Shown piece by piece: positions 36,450 through 48,171 of a stretch of DNA of 64,000 bases. Under the pieces are notes generated by a model. It searched no databases. It was given only the letters and a program-made list of their open reading frames with translations, and had not been told where the DNA came from. A program made the position numbers and the translations under genes. Source of the stretch: Basidiobolus meristosporus CBS 931.73. Taxonomy: Eukaryota > Fungi > Basidiobolomycota. Positions within the stretch are counted from its first letter, which is position 1, and each line of letters begins with the position of its first letter. The DNA lies in assembly GCA_002104905.1 (NCBI GenBank), contig MCFE01000278.1, forward strand, positions 40,840 to 104,839. Direction: 5' to 3'.

Positions 36450-39400
36450 TCAACACTCCCCCTCAACTAAATAATTTCTTAATCCCAATTTCTCTCTAAG
36501 GATCTCAAACTGTGGCCTAGCTAGTGGTTTTGTCAATATGTCTGCCACCATTTTGTCAGTTGGGCAGTAAACCAGCTCCACTAAGTTATTTTCTACAGCT
36601 TCCCTCACAAAGTGATGCTGTATATCAATGAGCTTAGTTCTGGCATGATTAGTAGGATTTCTAGCTAATGAAATACAACTTTGATTATCCTTGTAAATAC
36701 ATGTTGGTTCACCTGAATTAAAACCTAAGTCTTTGAATAATTTTTGTAGCCATATAGCCTCCTTAGCTGCTTGACATGCAGCCATATATTTGGCTTCAGT
36801 TGTAGATAGTGCCACAGTTGGTTGTTTCTTGTAATTCCAAGTAATAGCTGCACCAGCATAAAGAAATACATAGCCTGTGGTAGAGCATCTGTCAATCAGA
36901 TCCCTACCCCAATCTGAATCACTATAACCATCAAATTTTTGCCTATTAGCTGCTCCAGAGTATTCCAGTACCATATTTATGGTACCTTGTAGATATCTGA
37001 AAATCCGCTTAACTGCTGCAATTTGATCTGATCCATAATTCTACATGAATTGACTGACTATTCTAACTGCTACTGCAATATCTGGACATGTAGACACCAT
37101 CAAGTACATTAGGCTACCAACCATTGATTGATAGGGAAAGTTTTGGTCCATATTTGAGCCGTTTTCATCTATAACTGGCTGAGATTTGCTTAATTTCAGG
37201 TTATTGTCCATAGGGGTTGCTGCAGGCTTGCAATTTTCCATTTTGCAGCGTCTAAGAATGTCCCTGATGTACTTAGACTGATTCAGCACAATTTTTTGCG
37301 TAGGTATGTCAAATTTGACCTCAATTCCAAGAAAATAGCTCAATTTTCCAAGATCTTTCATCTCAAACTTGCTGAAGAGATCTGATTTTGTCTGTTTAAG
37401 TGCCTCTTGATCACTTGTAGCTATAATTAGTTTGTCCACATAAAGAACTAGGATGATCACACCCTTTTTGAGCTGTTTCACATATATACTGTGATCTGCA
37501 GTGCTACAAGAGAACCCAATTTCCTCTAGATATGTGTCAATCTTGTTATACCATGCTCTGGGTGCCTGCTTAAGCCCATAAAACAATTTTCTAAGTTTGC
37601 ACACCTTATGGGGGCTTTTTGGATCGGTAAAACCTTCTGGTTGCTCCATATATATAGTTTTTTGCAAATCCCCATTTAGAAAGGCTGTTTTGACGTCCAC
37701 TTGGTGTAGATCTAGACTGTGTACAGCTGCCAGGGCTAGAACTGTCCTAATAGAGTTAAACTTGGCAAGCGGAGCAAATGTTTCCTTACAGTCTAGTCCC
37801 TGGATCTGGGAATAGCCTTTAGCTACCAATCTAGCCTTGTACTTATCAACGGCACCATTTGAGGTTATCTTGATCTTGTAGACCCATCTATTTTCTATTG
37901 GCTTTCTCCCATTTGGTAAATCTACCAGTTCCCACGTTTTTGCCTTGATCAGTGATTGGTACTCCTCCTGCATGGCTTGTTGCCACTTAGTAGCATCTGG
38001 ACCTTGCATTGCCTGTTCCAGATTCTGAGGTTTGGCACATAAGGCAAGTTAAGCTTCTTCATGATCATTGGATGTCTGCCACCAGGATCCAGGGGTATTT
38101 CTTATTCTGGAAGATCTCTTAACTGGGATAATCTGTTCTGATCTGGAACTGGTAGAAGTATCTTCCATCTCTGGCTGGATTTGGTACGTATCTTCTTCAT
38201 TTGTGTTGATTGCATCATCAGGCAGCTGGCCAATGATTTCTGCGGCTTTCTGATCTGAATTCTCCTCAAATACAACGTCCCTGCTCTTGATCAGCTTCTG
38301 AATTTTGCCATCATACACTCTATACCCTTTAGCATCTTCACAATACCCAAGAAAGATCCCTTTTCTACTCTTTGGCTCCAACTTTGAGCGTTTTTTGACA
38401 GGGATGTGATAGAAAACATCACTACCAAAGATCCGGAGGTGCTGGAGATCTGGTTTTTTGCCTGTATATGCTTCAAAGGGTGTAGAATCACGTAGTGCTG
38501 TTGTTAGGCATCTGTTCTTGATGTATACAGTGGTAGCAACAGATTCAGCCCAAAACTTGTAGTCCATTCCCTTATCATGCAGCATAGATCTTCCCATCTC
38601 TACTATTGTTCTATTTGCACGTTCTGCTACTCCATTTTGCTGTGGAGTATGAGGAACTGTGGTCTGTTGAAGTATACCAGTCGATAAGTAGTATTTTGCA
38701 AACTCCTTTGAGCAGTATTCTCCTCCATTGTCACTTTGTAGTACCTTCAATATACACCCAGATTGTGTTTCTGCCATGTTCTTGAAGTGCTTAAATGTCT
38801 CTAAAGCTTCATCCTTTGTTTTGAGGAAGTACGCCCATGTATATCTTGTCTTGTCATCAATAAACGTCACAAAGCATCTCTTGGCTCCAAAGGACAGTGT
38901 TCTCATGGGGCCACATATGTCTGAGTGTACAATAGCCAATATTTCGGTGGTATTGATGCCTTCTGAGCTCTTGAAACATTGCCTAGCTTGTTTGCCATAT
39001 GAACATCACTTACAAACATTCAATTTGATTGGAATTGAGTATTTTAGGCCCAAAACAAGCTGATTTTTCACCAATTGGCTCATTTTCTGTTCCCCTATGT
39101 GTCCTAGCCTCCTATGCCATGTCTCCCAGTTGGTTTCATCAGTTTCAGCAATGTTGACATACTCAGGTACAATAATCTTGCATTATAACTTGTATATATT
39201 GTGATCTCTGATTCCCAAAGCTAATTTTTGTCCATTTTCACTCAATATTGAGCAGCTCAGCTTAGTAAAAACAAATTTCAGTCCCTGAGTAGTTGCTTTA
39301 CTGACTGAGAGTAGGTTCTTAGCTATTCCAGGTACATAGAGTACGTCAGTCAGTTTTGCTGTTGTTGCCCCTGAGTTATCACACATATTTAGTTGTATAG

Positions 39401-40367
39401 ACCCACTGGCGGTAGCTTCCAATGCAGAGTTATCTCCCAGATAAACCTTTCTTACGGGAATAGTCTTTAAGTTGCTGAACCAATCCTTTATACCACAAAT
39501 ATGCTGTGATGCTCCAGAGTCAATATACCATTCATTACTTTGGTTACTTGCACTCTCTTGTACAGTGACAAATAACTGTTCATCAGTAGTTATATGGTTT
39601 GCCTGCTCTAGTTTCTGTTTTTTGTCTGCTTGTTTCTTCTTGCATTCTCTTGCCCAGTGTCCTTGCTTCTTACAGTAGTTACAGCAGCCAGGTTTTCTTC
39701 GGTTTTGTTGCTTTCCCTTCTTTTCTGTATGCCTTTCTGAACTGAATAAAGCATTATCTTCAATTTTCTCTGCTTGATCATTACATCTGAGTTCTTCATG
39801 GAGAAGTCTTCCTTTGACAAAGTCTAAAGTCAAGTTGTCTTCTCTGCTTTCAAAAGAAAGTATGAGTGGCTCACACTTGTCTGGTAGGCTGCAAAGCAGA
39901 TAGAGTATCTTTTCTTCATCATCTACACCAGCATTAATACTGTAAAGTTCTTCTGCAAGTGTCTCCATTCTGGTAATGAGTTGTAGCATGTCATCATCTG
40001 GCTTTTTTCTCATGTTGAAGAACTTTTGTTTCAAATAAAGCTTGCTTGATAATGACTTTGCTCTAAAGATCTTCTCTAAGGATTCCCATGCCGCTTTGGC
40101 AGTATTTGAGGCATGGATTTGTCCAATGAAGGAGTCTTGCACATTGATGCATATTGCATTGAAGGCCTTTCTCTCCTTCTCTTGAAACTTATCCACATCT
40201 TCTGCTGTTCCTTTGGGCTCAACTTCCTTTCCTGTTACTATGTGCCAAAGCTTTCTTTCCTCAAGGTGGATCTGCATCTTGATTCTCCAAAGTCTGTAGT
40301 TCTTCCCATCAAACCTCTCCTTTACAGGGAAGATGTTGGTATTGCTTTGTTTGCTGGTAGAAGTCAT
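36450..40367 (-). pseudogene. Copia gag-pol polyprotein, single frame of ~1305 codons with four in-frame stops and no frameshift
   Basis: Order gag (CNYCKKQGHWAREC), PR (WYIDSGASQH), WHRRLGH zinc finger, IN (HSDICGP, SDNGGEY), RT (LYVDKL), RH (YSDSDWG, KDNQSCI). Stops at 39183, ~39006, 38049 and 37041. Confidence 0.95.
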
Positions 40368-40391
40368 CTTTAGAATAGATTAAGGCAATTG

Positions 40392-40403
40392 GGGCTCATA
40401 ACC
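40392..40403 (-). promoter_or_regulatory. Half-tRNA(iMet) primer binding site
   Basis: GGTTATGAGCCC abuts the 5' LTR and is complementary to the iMet anticodon arm GGGCUCAUAACC, as in Ty5/copia. Confidence 0.88.
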
Positions 40404-41523
40404 TGTTGCAATTTAAGAAGTGATTCGGATATAAGGAACTTTTCAAGAAATAGTGATAATAGTTGAACTGTTGTTTATTCATAAAGAAGCTCAGTATTTA
40501 TACCTTTGTAGAAGTAATACAGCTGCAACACTAAGTAGGGAGGGTTTCTCAATATTCAGGCGCATTCTGTAACAGTTTCAGGGTTAGTACATAGTGTTTG
40601 GTAATAGTGCTAATTTGATCCTGACTATAGGGGAATAATCATAAGATCATATATCTAGAGAAAGTGGCAAAGTTAAGGCAGTAAATGAGTCCTACAATGA
40701 CTAAGACTAGCCTAGAATTGTTAAGTAAATTTTTAGCTGCTGAATGACACCAAATAGTCCAATATTTTAACAATGACTCCCAATGCTTCCAATGTACTCT
40801 TGGTAGGAATGGCTTCAGAACACCACTTCAATTAATACATATCCAGTACATCCAGTCTTTGCATTTGTATTGCTGCATATGTGTATCAAAATTTATTGGA
40901 GCCTGTGAGAAGTACTTAGGGTAGAGGATACTCTGTATTATTTCACCAATTCTTTCAAATTTCTCTGGTATCTCAAAGGACTCATTTAGCTTGAAATGCC
41001 CCACATTCAATTTGGTCATCAGTATAGGGATATTGTTGAAAAGCAAATGCATTGCTCCCAGTGGAAAGCTTTTACTCCAACAGATACCCTCTATCTTAAG
41101 TATCTCTAGTTTCTGATTGATTCCATATTCTGGCCAATGGCTTGTAGCTTTCCAACATTGCTGGAATTGCATGCCTACTTTTGTACATCATCTCTTTGGA
41201 AAGATGATGTTCTTAGTGCTGGTGATTAGGTAATAACAATGTGAGTGAGTAATGGTGTAAATCCCCTGGCTCTCACACATTCAAAAGCAATACCATCCAT
41301 CATGCCTGGAAAAACCTGCCATCTTGCTGATGGCTGGGCTATTTCCATTGCAGATAATAATATGCGCTTTTACATGACAGCCATTTACAGTTATCCTGCT
41401 GGAAAGCATACAAAATTCATCCAGCAATGTATACAGGTAGCTACCCAGGTTGGACAGTGATTAAGGCCCAGACACCAGTGAGGCTACCATCAGATTATTT
41501 CTCTGAGACTGTAAGATGGGTGG

Positions 41524-42321
41524 TGTGGTAGGGTAAACATACATCCCACAGACAAGTTTATTCTTACAGCTATTATAATGTACTTATCCATATTCATCTT
41601 ATCAGTATTATCCCATTCTTCTTTTGCTCATGTTACTAGTACTATCCCCATATATTGTTTACCCTGATTAGTTATTATCATTAGTTATCCCAGATGTTAT
41701 TAAGCTTTATGATCTATATTTGTCTCTATATTAGGCAAGTACCTATGTCAGTACCAACAACACATGACCTAAGTATGTGTTACCATCCCTACAATTAAAA
41801 TACCATATATGGCATCTCTATGTTGCACAGGTCTCAGACTACTGATCTCTGACTGGCTGGATGTGCTCTGCCTTTTAGTACCTTCCAGGACATTCTTGGC
41901 ATATTCTTAGCTCATAGTGATGTCAACAAGAATTCCACTGATGCCTGGAATCTTCTAGAACCTTATCATTAGTAATCACTTGGCAATCCAGAATAGTATT
42001 TAAGGGAAGGCAATCCCTCATCAATAAATCATCCCTTCTATCAGTAACAATTCTGCCTTGTTGATTAGCAGTTCATCACTGCACCTGCCTTCAACAGTAC
42101 ACATCAAACCTGGCATCAAGGAGCTCTTCAGGGTAGTGCACAAGACGCAGAGGCCTTTAGAGACACTTGGAGCACCTTGGAAGCTAGAGAAGCAGGAGCT
42201 TTTACCACAGTGTCATATTGACAAAGACATCAGCAGTTTAGATCCAGAAGTTATTGCACCCATCAGAGACCTCACACACAAGTTGTGTAGCTTCTCCCTG
42301 GAGTACCTCTACACCACCACA
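41524..42321 (+). repeat. Solo LTR, family 3 (798 bp)
   Basis: TGTGG...CCACA termini. 4 bp TSD GTGG. Removing it restores GATGGGTGGCAGATT of the transposase. TATTTAA and AATAAA at ~41997-42030. Confidence 0.88.
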
Positions 42322-43481
42322 GTGGCAGATTTGGATTGATGAGAATCAATGGCCAGCAGGATTTGCAGGTAGAGTGCTTGTTTAATGAGAATCCATCAAG
42401 TGCCAAAGCAAAGGCATAGTCATACATACCTTCAAAGTAGCCCTTGCTTCTTAGCTGTATGTAATGTTTGCAATCAAATGTATTAAATATGTTTGCGCTT
42501 GATTGATAGTCAGTGCAGTACTGTATAGCTTTGCAATATTTGTTGGATTGCATCAGCTTCCTCAGATGGGGTATGACCAGAATATATCTGGAGTGTGAAC
42601 AATGTTTTCCCTCAATGGTGGATTCCTGACAATCTGGCCATGTTGCAATGGTAGCATTTTTGGATGTAAATGCCATGTAACTGATAACACATGCAGGAAT
42701 CAGGACATTGTCTGGATCATATGTTGCCAGCCACATGACAGTTATCCACTTGTACCACATACATGGTAAGATGCATCCCAGTATGATTTTGGCAAGAAGT
42801 AGTAATAAATCCTCAAAGCCCCCATTACTGATATTGCTGGAAATGTGCCACTTGTCTAGCCACAACATGACATCATACACCAGTAGATGGATTACTGGGC
42901 TCACTTGGCTACAAAAAGTATCCTTTGTATTTGTTTCAACGGGTGTTGTCTCATTACATATAGATATTTAACCAGGCTCATATGTGGAACTGTTGTTAGG
43001 GGAGATAGGCTCAAAATCCATCAGTGAACCTTCTTTGTAGGAGCTATCACTCTGCGTGCCATATTCAGAAGGCTGAGGTGAGCCTAAAGGCATCACAAGC
43101 TCAACTGATTCAGTTTGCGCAAGGTGACAAAGATGGCCAGGTGCCAATATAGAAGTATCAACTGGCTGGTGTAGTGGGGTCACAGTGACACTAACTGATA
43201 GATGTGCACATACCCTAGCAAGCTTTTGCCAGAGGTTATTGCACCCAGTGAACACCCCACACACAAAACACTTGAGAAGTGTTGGATGTATCTCTCCCTT
43301 GGACTTATACACCACCGCACCACCATAGTAAGCATTTTAAATAAAGTTGTGACACCACATACACATGTATATGTAACACTATTTCCCCTTTGGTTTGACC
43401 CACTTCCATATATATGCTGCCAAAAAATAAAGCAAAGTTCTCTAGTTCCCACCAAAACCCACCGCTTTTGGCAACAGCAGA

Positions 43482-45458
43482 ATGGTTAGACAATAGCTTG
43501 CTTTGATATTCAGTGCAACAAGTAGGGCTACATCCAAAAATGGCCCTGTGGACAGTGTGCCCATTAAAGGTATTAATGTGAACTCCTCAGGCTCTCAGTC
43601 AAGTAGGCAATTGAGAACCTCTGCGCAGCCACAAGCTGACCATTATGCTCAGGCAGATGAGAATGTAGCAAGCTCAGTACCCTTGGTTGAAGACCAGCAA
43701 GTGGCCATAATAACATCACCACCACCCATATTAGCAAGTATGTTGTCAGCTCATACCAAAGCATTAATGAAGCAATTAGGTGCAGTGGCTGACAGGAAGG
43801 GTGCAATGGCCCAGAGAAGTCAGGAAATAGTCCAGAAACAGGATGAGCAAATAATACATGTAGAGCATTCAATATCCCAGGTAGAGAAAGCAGTATCTTT
43901 CCTGCAAAGAAGTAACTCAAGTAGCTCAAGGTTACAGCCAAGAATGGAGCCATTTCCCAATGTAACAGCAGAGGAACACTGTCCAGTCTTTGAAGCACAA
44001 CAACAGTGCCTAAAGATAAAGCCCACAGAAAAACCTATCACAGCATGGGAGGAAGACAATGTGATGTTTATAACAAAGCCTAAAAATCAAAAGACATTGA
44101 AGATCCCTGAAGCCATTAAATGCAATAATGAAGAATGGGCTAATATGCAAAAGGCTGTCAGAAGTCTAGCATGCATCACTTTAAGGCCAGCATACCATAG
44201 GACCATCAGGAACTCAAGGCCAAGCAGAATGCTCTGGACTTGTTCCATGGGCATCATCCTGGATTCAAACAGGCAAACTGATTTTGAGCCAGCATTGATA
44301 TGCAAAGAAAGTATCTTAATAATAGCAGAAACTATCAAAGGCAGAAGAACAATGGTTCCATTGCTAAAAACCAGTGGCTTCCTCAAGAGCCTGTTACAAG
44401 CAGGGCCAAAGGATCCAGACAAGCTTCAAAGAGATGTCAGGTAGCTGGAAGAGTGCCAATTAGAGACAAGCAGGCAGACATGGATGCACCAGCACAGCAT
44501 TGCTCAAGGAAAATGTATAGTACCACTCAAGAAGCACCTAGTCAAAGTAGCAGTGAAGGACCTGGCAGTGATAAAAACCAGCTGCTTTTACAGGAGCCTG
44601 TCACACCTACAGTTGAGAGCTCAAAACAAGCGGAAAAGAAACACCAGGTTGCCAGAAGAGTGCCAGCAGGGACAAGCAGGCCAAAACAGATGTGTCAGAG
44701 CAGAATTTATCCGTGAGCAAATGTAGTTCTTTACAAGAAGCACTCAGAGAAATTAGCAGTGAAAGACCTGGCAGTGATAAAGGAAAAGGTATAGGGAGAA
44801 ATGTGTACCCAAGCCTGAGATGGGGAGGCATGCAAAAAAACTGCAGTTCTTGCCAATTAACACCGCAAGCCCGGAACAAACTGAATCCTATCATAGCCAA
44901 GAAGAATTACCAACAAGAAAACAGCTGTTTTCACAAGAGTTGGAAGCACAGCTAGTGGAGTAGCACTCCAGCAAGGTAGATAAGTTTACTGAAAAAGGCA
45001 ATTTGTCTACCACTGCATCCACAGCCTCCATTATTAACAGAGTGGAGATCTCACTGAAAGACAAGGCTGCAATGTCAAGAGCTCAAAAGACTATCAAAAT
45101 GCCTCTAGTGGAGTTTTGGAACATTAATAAGCACGCCAAGAGGCTGCAGCACTTCTTCAAGAGCAGTGCTCAAGAAAACACACTGGAATATTGCAAGGAT
45201 TTATTGTAAAGACTGGCAGATGAGGAGCTAGACCTTGCAGTGCTGGCTGAAGACAGGGACATGTGGGAACCAGTGAGTGAACAGTGGCATAAAGTCATTG
45301 GGTTCCTGCCCAAGTTATGGAGCCAGAGCATTACAGCAGAGATACTTATTGAGTGGTGGATTTTAACTGAGTTACTTGCTGAGTGTGGAGTTGGGCTTAA
45401 TGCTAGTGTAGGGTATAGAGACTTGAATAGGTCAATACAATTGGCAATTGAGGTATAA
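43482..45458 (+). pseudogene. Accessory gene of the CACTA-like element, copy D (~650 codons, unknown function)
   Basis: ATG at 43482 (MVRQ, as at 50339). Coiled-coil-like N-terminus, conserved helical domain, S/K/Q-rich linker and a C-terminal block ending QLAIEV stop at 45458. Stops and frameshifts present. Confidence 0.75.
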
Positions 45459-46493
45459 CTGAAGTTTCAATGGAAATAAATCCATTAGTATGCATGAAAA
45501 GTAAGAGAAACAGTTGAGTCAGGAAGTAAGGAATGTGAAAAAGAGGCAATAGCCAACTAATTCACACAAATGTGGGAGGCAATAGAGTGTCTGGGATCAG
45601 AAAGTGAGCAAATTGGCAGGGAACCAATCAAAAGCCACTTATACATTGTTGTGATGAAATATTTTGACCAATTTTTTTGTGAAATCTGGAGTGCAGTTAT
45701 TTTTCAACAGTCTCTGGATGGTGTCCTGACTGTATCAGTACCTCTTAGTCACAGGACTTGAACTTTGTGACGGCCTTTTGATGGAACCATCTCAATAATG
45801 TTTCATAGGGTGCAGGTACTGGAGGTTTGAGAACTCAGGAGGTGGGTCAGTGGAGGTCTTGAGATATTTCTTGACTATTGTAGCTTTGGATCTGGCGGCT
45901 TAGTAGGTTTTGATGTTCTCAAGGAGTAAGAGAGCATTGGTACTAGAGGACTGGGTTGCAAGGAGTTCAAAGCTTCTCTTGTTGACCACATGGTTTTTCA
46001 TTTGCCAACAGGCATCATCCTCTTCTTCAAGGCCATACTCCACTCTCCTGGACTGAGCATCAGGTTTTCCATGTTTTATATATGGTCTATATGAAATGAC
46101 ATAGTCAAAGCTGGATGGGACGAGCAACAATCTGGCTTGTCTCCATCTTAGTACTTTTGAGGTGGCAAAGTATCAAGGCTCCCATCATCACAAATGATCT
46201 GCATCTTTGGGGTTGCATCATCAAGGCAGTGTCCCTATTGTGCAAAGGCCACAATGATTGCAAATGTACAAGAGTAGAATGGAATAGGGTGTAGCACATT
46301 CTTGTGGTCACACTGTGAAATGATGGCTTCCTGGGCAAAGTCAGAGGCATCAGTTTCTATGTTAAAGGGTTTCCCAAGGTCAGGGTGGGCATGCAGGGAG
46401 GCACACAAGAAGGATTTCTTGATACAAAAAAAGCACATACAGTCTTCTTTGTTCCAAACAAAGGGTAGGTACTGTAAGCTGTAGTATAAGCAA

Positions 46494-47229
46494 TAGACTT
46501 GTTCCATTGGATAGTGCCATACTGAGCTATGAGTGCCAAATAATGCCATAGTGTCCCAAGGAGGCCAAGTGAATCTATACCTGACCACAGAGTGTGAAGT
46601 ATAGCTGTTCATGAAGATGCAGAGCTGTCCCTGTGTTTCACTCATTGTGTTGGAGAAAATCCATTTTTTGACCTTTTTTTTTGGGTCAATGTTGTGCAGG
46701 AAGTGTAAGAGCACAAAAGAATTGAAGATATGCATCTGCAACTCAATACTCATGGCACTTTGAATATAGCTCCTGTGGCTTATAACATGCTAGAAAAATG
46801 CATGGCACTATCTTGGTCCACTGGTACTCTCTGGTACTATATTTAACTATCAGCCCTAAAGTAAGATCTATACAAAGCACTTATGGTGCCAGATAGTACC
46901 AGTGGACCAAGATAGTGCTATGCATTTTTCAGACATGTTATAAGCCACAGGAGCTAGATTCAGAGTGCCATGGGTATTGAGTACCTGATGCAAGTCTTCA
47001 GCTCTACTGTGCTCTTACACATCCTGCACAACACTGATCCACAAAAAAATGTCAAAAGATGGATTTTCTCCTGCATCATAGGTGAAACATGGGGGCAGCC
47101 TTGCATGAAGATGCAGGGCTATGCTTCACACTCTGTGGCCAGGTATAGGCTCACCTGGCCTCTCTGGCACACTCTGGCATCATCTGGCACTCATGGCTCT
47201 TTGTGGCACTATCCAAAGGAACAAGTCTA
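46494..47229. mobile_element. Fold-back (long inverted repeat) element, ~350 bp arms and ~40 bp spacer
   Basis: 46494-~46843 is the reverse complement of ~46882-47229 (roughly 75-80% identity by eye). Repeated GTGCCA/TGGCAC motifs. No recognisable ORF. Confidence 0.75.
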
Positions 47230-48171
47230 ATGTGTATGATGCTCCTTTGGCACAATTCTTGAACTATTAGGGATGCTATCTCTCCTCTGTCAGCACCAAA
47301 CTGCTGGATGTGGCCAAGTCTGCAAATAATGTTCTCAAGTATAAATCTCCATATGGTACTACTCTTGTAGTTAGGTAAGACTTAAGCTTCTGCCCATCCA
47401 ACAAGGACATCTCCAGCTACAATCAGGTACTTCTTTGACCCAGTTATTGGCATATGAATAAGGTCAATGCCAACCTATTGGTATAGGCAGATTGTGTATG
47501 TTGGATGCAATGGCACTTCATACTGATTAGAGGATCTCTTCTGACAGGCTACACATGACACAACAAAGTGTTGAATATAATAGTATGTGTTTTCCCAGTA
47601 ATACCTCTGTTTTGTGGAATTGTATGTGGTTTCCTGTCCTTTATATCCTCCTAGCTCTCCCTATGAAAATAATTTGGTCCTGCAGTTGGATCCAATCCAG
47701 ATCAGCAATCAGGATCCTATTTAGAGACTGTCATAATACCAGCAGCTTGGAATTAGTGACCCTCCTAACAATCTTATGACAGGATCACAACAGTGTTTTT
47801 CTAATTTCACAACCAAACAAAGGGATGAAACTTGATGAGATTTGGTTGGTGCTGTGACAATATTTCCATGATATTGTTAAGGTCTTTTAGCGCTCAATGA
47901 CTATTTCAAGTGGATCCAATTGGCCGGGATATCCAATTGCCTTATATGGCAAGAATCTTAACAATATTTCAATGTTGTCACAGCAAGACTCTGATGGCAT
48001 TATATTGGCAGTATCACAGCCTACAGCTGCTTCTGTATAATGCTACCATACCAATTTACCAAATGGTATTTCCTTTTTCTACTTTCCCTTGTGTAATTCA
48101 TATATTCCACTGTAGAATCATCCCTCTTTATTTGCTTACCCACCGCTACCTTGGGTATTCCACATATAGTT

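Larger units (their letters stand above)
36087..40772 (-). mobile_element. Full-length Ty1/Copia LTR retrotransposon, nearly intact
   Basis: 369 bp LTRs 36087-36455 and 40404-40772 (14 differences). 5 bp TSD ATGAC. PPT GAGGGGGAG (36456-36464, minus). PBS GGTTATGAGCCC. Confidence 0.98.
35145..43180 (-). pseudogene. tnp2-type transposase of copy D (interrupted at 36087-40772 and 41524-42321)
   Basis: YILVIPHLRKLMQS...FALALDGFSL...SCWPLILINPNLP in ORF 42272-42904. ENIGPCFTFW in 35631-35870. C-terminus ..NTQGSSG stop at 35145. Confidence 0.8.
34667..45810 (-). mobile_element. CACTA/EnSpm-like copy D (about 5.65 kb net), containing a Copia and a solo LTR
   Basis: Terminal inverted repeats CCCTATGAAA (34667-34676) and TTTCATAGGG (45801-45810). 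Flanks TGTA/TGCA. Transposase on the minus strand, accessory gene on the plus strand. Confidence 0.88.
33608..46490 (-). mobile_element. Degenerate family-1-like Ty3 pol remnant, present as 45811-46490 (RT/RH) and 33608-34666 (IN), split by CACTA copy D
   Basis: ETDASDFAQEAIISQ and SFDYVISYRP...LATQSSS on the right. QLFVP...CHDSMAAGLFGTAKTMNAIMRDFWWPKM and KKLSPFVYQLQLP on the left. Both are homologous to the pol at 5717-9045. Confidence 0.8.

Noticed and set aside
36087-36455. Identical 369 bp length of the Copia LTR and the family 2 Gypsy LTR
   Set aside because: The sequences are unrelated; the equal length is coincidence.
46235-47230. ORFs 46235-46753 and 46970-47230 as a duplicated protein gene
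   Set aside because: They are similar only because they read the two arms of the inverted repeat. The left one runs into Gypsy RNase H, and no domain is recognisable in the arm portion.
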